Positions 16,911-25,186 of a DNA stretch of 64,000 nt are shown here, piece by piece (positions within the stretch are counted from its first letter, which is position 1; each line of letters begins with the position of its first letter). The translations under genes and the position numbers were made by a program. The notes under the pieces were generated by a model, which worked only from the letters and a program-made list of their open reading frames with translations, was not told the origin of the DNA and made no database searches. Source of the stretch: Pyrinomonadaceae bacterium (lineage in GTDB: Bacteria > Acidobacteriota > Blastocatellia > Pyrinomonadales > Pyrinomonadaceae); the NCBI GenBank assembly GCA_036559885.1, contig DATBSH010000320.1, positions 1,565 through 65,564 of the forward strand, read 5' to 3'.

Positions 16911-16922
16911 CTGTGATGGTAA

Positions 16923-17300
16923 CTAGTGAACTGTCGGGAGAGCCGGCAAAACAGAAAGTCCAGACAGAGCTTCTTTCTCGTCTTTTGCCAGGACCACATG
17001 TCTGGTCAGCCCAAGCATGTCGAAGAGCGCGACGGTTTGATTGTTTACATCTGAGAACACGATTTTCGCGCCGTGCTTCTCAGCCAGACCGATTATGCCC
17101 AGAAGGATCGAGATGCCGATGCTGTTAACCAGTTCGGTATCGCTAAAGTCGATAACAAGCGCATGACAGCCAGCGTCGAGTTGGCGACGGCATTCACGTT
17201 CGATCTTTTCGCCTGTCAGTTTATTGAGGTAGTCGCTCGCGTAAACAACCGCGGTGGTGCCAACACAGTGCGACCGGATGGCAATGCTGCTCGTTTCCAT
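16923..17300 (-). CDS. STAS-domain anti-sigma-factor-antagonist-like protein
   Basis: ORF 16923..17345. The ATG at 17300 (METSS...) has GGAGGGAG upstream. STAS core ALVIDFSDTELVNSIGISILLG carries the conserved phosphorylatable Ser. Confidence 0.85.
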   Translation of the reverse strand: METSSIAIRSHCVGTTAVVYASDYLNKLTGEKIERECRRQLDAGCHALVIDFSDTELVNSIGISILLGIIGLAEKHGAKIVFSDVNNQTVALFDMLGLTRHVVLAKDEKEALSGLSVLPALPTVH

Positions 17301-17349
17301 TCGAGAGCTCCCTCCGCTTCGAATGAGTTCAGGATAAAAAAGCAAGGGG

Positions 17350-19617
17350 TTAGGTAGAACTACCGCGTAGATACTTTGTCATTCGAAGGCGAGTGCCATC
17401 GTCTACTCGCTCGAATTCGACCTCATCCATTAACGACCTGATTAGCTTCAGGCCCCATCCGCGCCGTTCTTCCGCAAGGTCAGCCGCTTCATGGTTTTGA
17501 TTGTTTGCGCCACCGCTGATGTTAGTTGGCACAACGCCGCGGCTCGAGATGGTGACGACTAATCTATCACTTTCGACGCGAAAGCGCTGATAAATTTTTC
17601 TATCGGGGCTGAAGCTGTGCTCGGAGGCATTAATACACGCTTCTACAATGGCCGTCTTGATCTGGTTGATAGCCTCGGGCCGAAAGTCTAGACGACGCGC
17701 GATTTGTTCGACCGTATTAGCGGCCAGTAGTTCGTTGTCCTCTCCCATGGGCACAACCACGAGGAACTCATCCGCTGGACCCATTGGTCCCATGGGCCGG
17801 GCAGCCTGAGCGCCTATACGGTCGAGCAGTAGCTCAACTTGCGGGCGACTCGAGCTAAAGGCGCCTCGCCGTGCCAACCGTGATCCGGCCTCATCAGTAA
17901 ACCCTTCGTTCGATAGCAGCCAGATCTGATGCCGTCTAAACCCCGCCCGGCCAGCCAGGCGTTCCAGCCGTTCGCACCAGAGCTCGGCCAGTTCCGGATC
18001 AACCTCTAATTTGGCTTCGATATCGGCCACGAGCCACACAACTTCCCGAGCATCGGTGTACACGCCCTCCTCGAACGTGTGCGCGACCATGCACCGGTTT
18101 TCGTCGACCACCTGTCGCAACTCTGGATCGAAGGATATGGCGCTGGCTACGTGAACAACTTGCGGTAACGAGATTAGCGCTGTCTCTGCCTCTAATACTG
18201 TCGCGGTTTCTTCCTGAGTGGCACCTTTCAGTCTAGCGCTGAAACGTGAATAGTCGAAAAGGATTGCGGGCAGACGTTGTCCATCAAATTGGGCCAGCAG
18301 TTCACGCAACTCGTATCGCGCGACCCGCTTGTACTGGCGGGCCATGGTGTGCGGCGCGCGCTTTAGGGAATCAGTTAACGTGTCAGTAACAACGAGAGCT
18401 CGCGCGTCGTTGAGGACATTCAAACGGTAGCGGGTTTTCAAGTAATCTTTCCACGCTTGTGGTCCATCAGCGAACTCAATGTAATTACCGTCCCAGTTTA
18501 CGAACTCTTGTATATGTAGATGGTGCAGGATGTTTTCGAGTTCGTCGCCCCTGATGTGCAACCGTCGACGACATGCTTCAAATGATGCAGCACGCTGTTC
18601 GGAAGCAAGTGATTCCCACAACAAACGAATCAGGTTTAAGCGAGTGTCGGCTGCCGGCGCTGCCTCCTCGAGCAAATCAGCAAAATGATTTTGCAGTCGC
18701 CCGCCGAGCAGCTCATCGATGTATAGACGTTCACAATCGAGATAAGAAGTTAAAGCCGTATTTTTCTCGCGGGCTGCATGAAGGAATGTAGTAATAAAGA
18801 ATGGACTACAGTTGAACTGTTGAACTAATAGGTCGCGCGCTTCCTCGCTAGTAGAAACCTGTTGCCGTCGCGCCAGATGCTCTACCAACATTCGCGCTTC
18901 TTCAACGCTCAGTTGTTCAAGTCGCAGCACATCCAGCGTTTCAAAGTCAAGCTTGGCATTGTAGGCTGACCTGAGGATCTGTCTACGTAAGCCGGCGAGA
19001 ACATATGAGACTGTCGCCCGACCAAACACGCGCAGAATTTCTGTGCCGAGAACAACCGTTCCATTTAGGTTTTCCGCAAGCTGAGCACCATCAAGCATCA
19101 CAAACGCGCGCCCGGATTTCGCCGGAATTCTCTGCGGCGCACTCAGACAAAAACGGACTAGCGCTTTGTCATCGTTACTGAATCTCTGCCGTTCGTAAGC
19201 TTCTACGAGTTGTTGGACCCATTCAAAATCAGCTGGAGGGGTTAGTTCAAGTAGATCGTGCAAGGTGAGCGCTGCATGGCATAGCGATGGCTCATCTCTC
19301 CGATAAGCGATGTATTGTTGCAGGAACGCATTTAGAAATTCGATTGCGGCACTAACTGCCGTTGTCTCGGTTCGCGTAAATGCGAAATAGATCGGAATAA
19401 CATCGGAGCGCTGGTTGAAGACTTCATCGTAAGCTTGTCGAAGCAGTTCCGAAACACCGGCCGACGGCTCCATCAACAGCAACAATCCGCGCCCCTGGTT
19501 CTCGCGTGATGCCTGTGAGACAACTCGCTGCAACTCCTCGGCGCGACCGACAAACTCCTGGCGGGCTACGCGCCCGAGAACGCGGCGAATTCTTCCGCTG
19601 GAGCTTGAACCGTTCAT
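17350..19617 (-). CDS. 755-aa multidomain protein: degenerate AAA_16/STAND-like N-terminus, PD-(D/E)XK-like middle region, C-terminal RsbW/SpoIIAB-type Ser kinase (HATPase_c)
   Basis: N-terminus FVGRAEEL...LLLLMEPSAGVSELL. Middle WLVADIEAKLEV...IWLLSNEGFTDEAGSRLARRG. C-terminus IVEACINASEH...RGWGLKLIRSLMDEVEFERVDDGTRLRM. Confidence 0.85.
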   Translation of the reverse strand: MNGSSSSGRIRRVLGRVARQEFVGRAEELQRVVSQASRENQGRGLLLLMEPSAGVSELLRQAYDEVFNQRSDVIPIYFAFTRTETTAVSAAIEFLNAFLQQYIAYRRDEPSLCHAALTLHDLLELTPPADFEWVQQLVEAYERQRFSNDDKALVRFCLSAPQRIPAKSGRAFVMLDGAQLAENLNGTVVLGTEILRVFGRATVSYVLAGLRRQILRSAYNAKLDFETLDVLRLEQLSVEEARMLVEHLARRQQVSTSEEARDLLVQQFNCSPFFITTFLHAAREKNTALTSYLDCERLYIDELLGGRLQNHFADLLEEAAPAADTRLNLIRLLWESLASEQRAASFEACRRRLHIRGDELENILHHLHIQEFVNWDGNYIEFADGPQAWKDYLKTRYRLNVLNDARALVVTDTLTDSLKRAPHTMARQYKRVARYELRELLAQFDGQRLPAILFDYSRFSARLKGATQEETATVLEAETALISLPQVVHVASAISFDPELRQVVDENRCMVAHTFEEGVYTDAREVVWLVADIEAKLEVDPELAELWCERLERLAGRAGFRRHQIWLLSNEGFTDEAGSRLARRGAFSSSRPQVELLLDRIGAQAARPMGPMGPADEFLVVVPMGEDNELLAANTVEQIARRLDFRPEAINQIKTAIVEACINASEHSFSPDRKIYQRFRVESDRLVVTISSRGVVPTNISGGANNQNHEAADLAEERRGWGLKLIRSLMDEVEFERVDDGTRLRMTKYLRGSST

Positions 19618-19635
19618 GGTTTTCGGTGTTCTGAG

Positions 19636-21309
19636 CTAATCGCGATAGAAGACCGTGCGATTCTTACCCTGGCTCTTCGCCTGGTACAGAGCACGATCGG
19701 CTGCGGCAACAACTGTTTCCGCAGTGTTCACGATTTCAGAGAACGTCGAGACGCCAACGCTGACACTTACGCGTCCCAACGGTTGCGACTTTCCGTGGGG
19801 ATAATGGGTCGTAGCGACGCGACGCCGGATGCGATCGGCAATCGCGCCAGCTTCGTCGACGGAGGTTTGGGGTAACAGGATACAAAATTCTTCGCCGCCA
19901 TATCTCGCCGGGACGTCGGCCGAGCGCAACGTCGCCTTCAAGCAGTGCGCCGTAATCTGCAACGCAAGATCACCAGCCTGATGTCCGTTGTTGTCGTTGT
20001 ACGCCTTGAAATCGTCGATGTCGATCATGAGGAAGCTCATCGCGTAGTTGTAGCGCTTCGATCGATTCAGCTCTTCAGTTAGACGCTCCTGGAGGTAACG
20101 CCTGTTGGGCAGGGCTGTGAGCGGATCTGTAATCGACATCAGCTGGAACTCTGTCGCACGTTCCTGCCACTCGGCACGCTCCAACGCCACTGCTACCTGT
20201 GGCCCGATGATCTCCAACAAGCTAAGGTCAACCTGATCGTAAGAGCTGCCATCAGATTTATCCGTTACATTGAGGACCCCAATCTTTCTGCCCCCGATTA
20301 TTATTGGATAACTGATGAATGATTTCGTCTTGTACATTCGTTCAGCCGGAGCGGCAGTGAGTCCTTCAGTATCGAGGTCCCGAACCATCAGAGCTTTGCC
20401 CGTCTGTAACACCTCACCTGAGATCCCCTCACCCATCTGCAGGCGTCCGACTGAAGTTGGGTCGGTGGCAAATCCTACGGCTGCCTTAACGATCAGTTGA
20501 TTGGCCGTCTCATCAAACACCATGAGCGATGCACGTTCCGATTGCATCAGCTCTCTGGAATTGGTGAGGATTGATTCGTAGGTTTTGGCTGGGTTATCTG
20601 AACTTATGCGCTCAAGAAAATGTTGTAACGAATCAGCGAACCGTGATCGGTATTCGAGTTCGCTTCGCAAGCGCGCGACTTCCTGCTCCAATTGATCATG
20701 TCTATCAACGGCAATCTCGGGTTTTGCTTTAACCCCGGCAGTAGCCTTCTGCGAATTAGCCTGATTGGTCCCATTCGACGATGCTGCTGTGACCTTGCCT
20801 GCGGCTCGGTTCACACGCTCGGAAAGATGATGCAATCGTTCAGTCTCGGCAAAAACGATGTTCTTAAAGACGTCCGTTGACCCAAGCTCTTGCAAATCTC
20901 CACTGCGTAACCGCTCAACCAGGTTCTGGTAATCCGCACTTTTAACAAACGCGCGACCGCCAATTACTGCAAGGTTGCGCTTACTCCCAATCTCTACGGG
21001 CTGAGTAAAGCATTGAAGACCTGCGTGGCACTTGTATTGGACCATCGTACCCGCGCTCATCGCTCGCTTGTGTGCCTCGCCGCAATATGGATCACACAAC
21101 TTCACGTAATCGGGGGACGATTGGAATGCCTCGCAAATCGAATTGTTATTCGACACTGCAATGGCCGGCGGTTGTCGCCCGTTGACTAAGAGAAGCGACA
21201 AACCTGCAGCCGCTGCCAACGCTTCCTGGGTTTCTTTCCAACCTAAAGGGGCGTCTTCCGGATGTTCCTGCACAATGGCGGAACCCGATTTGGGGGATTT
21301 CTTGACCAT
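19636..21309 (-). CDS. PocR-like sensor, coiled coil, GAF and GGDEF diguanylate cyclase
   Basis: Cys-rich N-terminus (SICEAF...LCDPYCGEAH...YKCHAGLQCF), GAF region, active-site GGEEF, and the I-site RSAD five residues upstream. Confidence 0.9.
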   Translation of the reverse strand: MVKKSPKSGSAIVQEHPEDAPLGWKETQEALAAAAGLSLLLVNGRQPPAIAVSNNNSICEAFQSSPDYVKLCDPYCGEAHKRAMSAGTMVQYKCHAGLQCFTQPVEIGSKRNLAVIGGRAFVKSADYQNLVERLRSGDLQELGSTDVFKNIVFAETERLHHLSERVNRAAGKVTAASSNGTNQANSQKATAGVKAKPEIAVDRHDQLEQEVARLRSELEYRSRFADSLQHFLERISSDNPAKTYESILTNSRELMQSERASLMVFDETANQLIVKAAVGFATDPTSVGRLQMGEGISGEVLQTGKALMVRDLDTEGLTAAPAERMYKTKSFISYPIIIGGRKIGVLNVTDKSDGSSYDQVDLSLLEIIGPQVAVALERAEWQERATEFQLMSITDPLTALPNRRYLQERLTEELNRSKRYNYAMSFLMIDIDDFKAYNDNNGHQAGDLALQITAHCLKATLRSADVPARYGGEEFCILLPQTSVDEAGAIADRIRRRVATTHYPHGKSQPLGRVSVSVGVSTFSEIVNTAETVVAAADRALYQAKSQGKNRTVFYRD

Positions 21310-21612
21310 CCAACAAAGTTCGCGTGCGTCTGGGCTCGAGTTGAAGTCGGCGCTTCGGAAATCACAGGGATTTCACGTTGACTCAAAAAGCTGAAAGGCA
21401 AAGCGCGTTTAGGCAATCAGTATAAAATTCAAACTCAAGCCTTACAACTACTTAACCAGCGTCTCTTCCTTCTTCACCTCAACCGCACGATAAAGGCTGG
21501 AATGTACCCTACAGGTAAATGTCGAATCGGGTTGGTTTTTCGCTTGAACGGCGGTTGATTTGAGGTGGGCTCTCCCTCGTAGGGATTACGAGTAGCAGGA
21601 GTGAATGGGCCC

Positions 21613-21648
21613 CCGAAAAGAAAGGCACCCTCGAACGAGGGTGCCTTT
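21613..21648 (-). terminator. Intrinsic terminator of the opp-like operon
   Basis: Perfect 13-bp arms AAAGGCACCCTCG (21621..21633) / CGAGGGTGCCTTT (21636..21648). On the minus strand they are followed by CUUUUC. Confidence 0.7.
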
Positions 21649-21685
21649 CGAGATCAAAATTACGTCGGGTCGACTCTAGGTGCTT

Positions 21686-21760
21686 CTAACGCCGACGTTT
21701 GTTAAACCGACGACGCAAGCCAGCGGCGGCGCCGACAAGGCCAGTTCCAAATAGGAGCAT
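21686..21760 (-). pseudogene. Orphan PEP-CTERM sorting-signal remnant
   Basis: The minus strand reads (TAA)-KPGPEPASMLLFGTGLVGAAAGLRRRFNKRRR-TAG, that is a PEP motif, a hydrophobic helix and an Arg cluster. There is no upstream body or signal peptide, and it is in frame with the oppF-like stop codon directly after it. Confidence 0.5.
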
Positions 21761-21784
21761 GCTTGCCGGTTCGGGCCCTGGTTT

Positions 21785-22903
21785 TTAAGAATGTTGGCCA
21801 CTTTCTAACCCCGGTGCGGCGCCAGGTGCGACGTCTTCAATGTTGGGATGGTCCGGACTTATCCGAATACATGCCGCAAAGTGGTTGGGCTTTATTTGGA
21901 CCAGCTTTGGAACGACTTCTTTGCAGGTCTCAATCATATAGGGACATCGAGTGTGGAAGCGACAGCCCTGCGGCGGATTGATAGGCGAGGGCACATCGCC
22001 TTCGAGAACTATGCGTTGTCGAGTTGCTTCGATTTCCGGATCCGGAACGGGAACAGCTGAGATCAAGGCTTTCGTGTAAGGCATCAATGGCTCGGCATAT
22101 ATGTCCTTGGCGTTAGCAAGTTCGACAAGCTTTCCCAAATACATCACCGCCACGCGATCCGATACATGCCTGATGGCTCTCAGGTCGTGCGAGATGAAGA
22201 GATACGTCAGATGCTTTTCTCTTTGCAGCCGTTCTAACAAGTTCATGATCTGAGCTTGAATCGAAACGTCGAGCGCAGAGATCGGTTCATCAGCAACGAT
22301 AAAATCAGGATCGACAGCAAGCGCGCGCGCAATTCCAATTCTTTGACGTTGCCCGCCGGAAAACTCGTGTGGATACCGTTTGATGAAACGCTTGCTCAAA
22401 CCAACGGTTTCCAATAACTCCTGCACGCGCTTCTCCGCTTCTTCACCACTTGCCAGATCGAATGTCTCAAGTGGTTCCCCAACGATCTGACCGACAGTCA
22501 TTCGAGGATTCAACGAGGCATAGGGATCTTGAAAAATGATTTGCAGATGACGTCTTTGCTCGCGCAGTCTTTTTCCAGACAGATGCGCAAGATCCGATCC
22601 CTTGTACAGGACCTCTCCCGCAGTCGGAGGAATAAGATGGAGAACCGCACGGCCCAACGTCGACTTGCCGCAACCAGATTCGCCTACGAGTCCGAGTGTC
22701 TCGCGTGCATAGACATCGATCGTAACGCCATCAACTGCCTTCACCACGCGCTTTTCGGTGTTAGTTCCGACTAGCTTGTCGACAAGGCCACCTCCACCAA
22801 GATCGAAATGAACCTTTAGGTCTCGAATGGAGATGAGCGGTTCGTCACCAGCAGCTTGCGGCGGCGGAACACTCGGATTTGCGATGAACTCCTGCGTGCT
22901 CAT
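21785..22903 (-). CDS. Oligopeptide/dipeptide ABC transporter ATP-binding protein (OppF/DppF-like) with a C-terminal extension
   Basis: Walker [10 protein letters not shown], signature FSGGQRQR, Walker [14 protein letters not shown]-terminal Cys-containing Opp-type domain. Confidence 0.9.
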   Translation of the reverse strand: MSTQEFIANPSVPPPQAAGDEPLISIRDLKVHFDLGGGGLVDKLVGTNTEKRVVKAVDGVTIDVYARETLGLVGESGCGKSTLGRAVLHLIPPTAGEVLYKGSDLAHLSGKRLREQRRHLQIIFQDPYASLNPRMTVGQIVGEPLETFDLASGEEAEKRVQELLETVGLSKRFIKRYPHEFSGGQRQRIGIARALAVDPDFIVADEPISALDVSIQAQIMNLLERLQREKHLTYLFISHDLRAIRHVSDRVAVMYLGKLVELANAKDIYAEPLMPYTKALISAVPVPDPEIEATRQRIVLEGDVPSPINPPQGCRFHTRCPYMIETCKEVVPKLVQIKPNHFAACIRISPDHPNIEDVAPGAAPGLESGQHS

Positions 22904-22911
22904 TATGGGTT

Positions 22912-22958
22912 TTATTAGGTCTTATAGGTCTTATAGGTCCTATCGGTCCTGATCGGAC
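22912..22958. repeat. Degenerate nonamer array (TTATAGGTC family, 5 units)
   Basis: TTATTAGGTC TTATAGGTC TTATAGGTC CTATCGGTC CTGATCGGAC. The array spans the oppD-like stop codon and its last codons. Confidence 0.75.
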
Positions 22959-23962
22959 ATTTGACCTCCTGACTCAGCAAAAACCTCCTTTGCGAAATGG
23001 CACAACGAACAATGATCCGGATTCAGTTGAACAAACGGCGGAAACTCTTTATGGCAGATCTCCTCCGCCCGTTCGCATCGTGGAGCAAACGGACAACCGG
23101 GGCCTAGACGTGCGACATCCGGCGGTAGTCCCGGTATTTGATAGAGTTTTCCCTGTTCGGCAGTTGGATCAGGTACGGAGCGAAGTAAACCTTTCGTGTA
23201 CGGATTGCCCGGAGTCGCAAAGAGCTCCCTGGTTTTTGCCTGCTCGAATATCTTTCCGGCATACATCACGATCACATGGTCCGTCATTCCCGCAACAACA
23301 CCGAGATCATGCGTAATCAGAATCACACTGGTTCCGGTTTCCCGCTTCAGGCGTTTAATAAGTTCCAGAATCTGCGCCTGGATCGTTACATCAAGGGCCG
23401 TGGTCGGTTCGTCAGCTATTAACAGCTCCGGTTCGCATGAGAGCGCCATTGCAATCATCACGCGCTGCCTCATTCCTCCAGAGAATTCGTGCGGGTAATT
23501 ATCTGCCCTTTCTCTTGCGTCCGGGATACCGACCATCTCGAGCATCTTGACCGCATGTTCGTACGCCTGTGACTTCGAGTGACCGAGGTGAAGCTGCGTC
23601 ATCTCCATTAGCTGTCGCGAAATCTTTAAGAAAGGATTTAACGATGTCATCGGATCCTGAAAGATCATTGCAATGCGTCTACCTCGAACCTGACGAATCG
23701 CTTCGGTCGAAAGCAAAAGTAAATCCTGGCCATCAAAGATCACTTCACCCGAGACAATCTTGCCGGGGGGATCCGGTATAAGCCGAATGATCGAGAGGTT
23801 GCTAACCGACTTGCCGGAACCCGACTCACCAACAATACCGAGAGTCTCACCACGCTTGAGATTGAACGTGATTCCGTCAACGGCCTTCACCAATCCATCT
23901 TCCGTTTGGAAGTAGGTGCGAAGGTCGTTCACCTCCAGAAGATTTCCGTTCTTTTGACTCAT
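22940..23962 (-). CDS. Oligopeptide/dipeptide ABC transporter ATP-binding protein (OppD/DppD-like)
   Basis: Walker A GESGSGKS, signature FSGGMRQR, Walker B LLIADEPTTALD. Confidence 0.9.
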   Translation of the reverse strand: MSQKNGNLLEVNDLRTYFQTEDGLVKAVDGITFNLKRGETLGIVGESGSGKSVSNLSIIRLIPDPPGKIVSGEVIFDGQDLLLLSTEAIRQVRGRRIAMIFQDPMTSLNPFLKISRQLMEMTQLHLGHSKSQAYEHAVKMLEMVGIPDARERADNYPHEFSGGMRQRVMIAMALSCEPELLIADEPTTALDVTIQAQILELIKRLKRETGTSVILITHDLGVVAGMTDHVIVMYAGKIFEQAKTRELFATPGNPYTKGLLRSVPDPTAEQGKLYQIPGLPPDVARLGPGCPFAPRCERAEEICHKEFPPFVQLNPDHCSLCHFAKEVFAESGGQMSDQDR

Positions 23963-24005
23963 TATTTGAGACCAGACTTCACGATTATCGGAACCAAACT
24001 TATTA

Positions 24006-24047
24006 CTCTTGGCTCTACCTTCTTAGCTCTTCGCTCCTTGCTCTGTC
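24006..24047. repeat. Degenerate heptamer array (CTCTTGG family, 6 units)
   Basis: CTCTTGG CTCTACC TTCTTAG CTCTTCG CTCCTTG CTCTGTC, in the spacer between the oppC-like and oppD-like genes. Confidence 0.7.
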
Positions 24048-24084
24048 GTTTTTGTTAATTCTGTACTCCTGTCTAATCTTTTTC

Positions 24085-25170
24085 TTAAACCGTGCGCATT
24101 TGTGGATCGAGGGCGTCTCTCAATCCATCTCCCAAAAAGTTAAGGGAGAAAAGCGTAAGCGCCATCGTTACCCCCGGAAAGATCAGCTGCCAGGGAAAGA
24201 TTGCAATGTTTTGAATACCATCTGCCGCAAGACTTCCCCACGACGCTAGCGGTGCTTGCACACCAAAACCGAGAAACGACAAGAACGCTTCGGTCAGCAT
24301 GATCTGTGGAATCGTCAGCGTCGCATAGACGATCACGGGCCCTAAGGTGTTTGGCACAAGATGACGAAAGATGATTCGCGGTACGGAGACTCCGGTGGCG
24401 CGAGCCGCCAAAACGAACTCCTGGTTCTTAAGTGAGAGCACTTGGCCTCGTACTATTCGCGCCATCGTCAACCACGAAACAGAACCCAACGCTATAAAAA
24501 GCAAAGTCAACTGCCCTCGCGGTGTTTGGCTACGAAACATCGATAGCAAAACAATAACGACAATGATGTACGGCAGCGAATAAAGGACGTCGACCAGCCG
24601 CATCATCAGGTTGTCGACTCGGCCACCGAGATAGCCGGCGATTGCGCCATAGCTGACGCCGATGAGGAGCGACACGAGCGTTGAAATCACGCCGACAAAC
24701 AACGATATCTGCCCGCCCTGCAATACGCGCGCAAATTGGTCTCTTCCGGCATTGTCGGTTCCCATGGGATGCAACCAGGAAAACTTCCCATCGGGCCCGG
24801 TAAACGGCGGAAACGATTTCACCAGGCGAATGTCGTCTGTTGGAATGTAATCTGGAGTGAAACCAAGTCCGCGCTTGATAAGCGTTGGCCCGATGATAGA
24901 GGCAATAGTGATCAATGCGACGACGATGAGTCCGAATACGGCCAACTTATTTTTCAGCAACCGTCGCCAGGCATCTCTCCCCAGCGAAGTTCCGCGAACA
25001 TAACCGACCTCTTCCGGTCTCACATCTTCGGCAATAGCCATTTCCGGAGAAACGTGAATGGTGTTTGGGTCGCGAGCCGTCAATGGTGATTGCGACGACG
25101 GACCATGTGGCGTGAGTACCGATTCCGTCGATTCAATCTCTGCTGGTAGTTTTGAGGGCTTCTCATCCAT
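24085..25170 (-). CDS. ABC transporter permease (OppC/DppC-like)
   Basis: Six TM helices and an EAA-like loop (LAARATGVS..IIFRHLVPN). The N-terminal ~70 aa are hydrophilic, so the start is uncertain. Confidence 0.85.
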   Translation of the reverse strand: MDEKPSKLPAEIESTESVLTPHGPSSQSPLTARDPNTIHVSPEMAIAEDVRPEEVGYVRGTSLGRDAWRRLLKNKLAVFGLIVVALITIASIIGPTLIKRGLGFTPDYIPTDDIRLVKSFPPFTGPDGKFSWLHPMGTDNAGRDQFARVLQGGQISLFVGVISTLVSLLIGVSYGAIAGYLGGRVDNLMMRLVDVLYSLPYIIVVIVLLSMFRSQTPRGQLTLLFIALGSVSWLTMARIVRGQVLSLKNQEFVLAARATGVSVPRIIFRHLVPNTLGPVIVYATLTIPQIMLTEAFLSFLGFGVQAPLASWGSLAADGIQNIAIFPWQLIFPGVTMALTLFSLNFLGDGLRDALDPQMRTV

Positions 25171-25186
25171 AAGAAAAGGACCTCGC

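Noticed and set aside
21310-21612. 300-nt leader upstream of the GGDEF operon, examined for a c-di-GMP riboswitch or small ORF
   Set aside because: I could not recognise GEMM-type conserved elements by eye. Only trivial ORFs of fewer than 20 codons are present. A covariance-model scan would be needed to decide.
21686-22903. Programmed stop-codon read-through fusing the oppF-like ATPase to the PEP-CTERM tail
   Set aside because: A cytoplasmic ABC ATPase has no signal peptide, so it could not be an exosortase substrate. A gene remnant is the simpler explanation.
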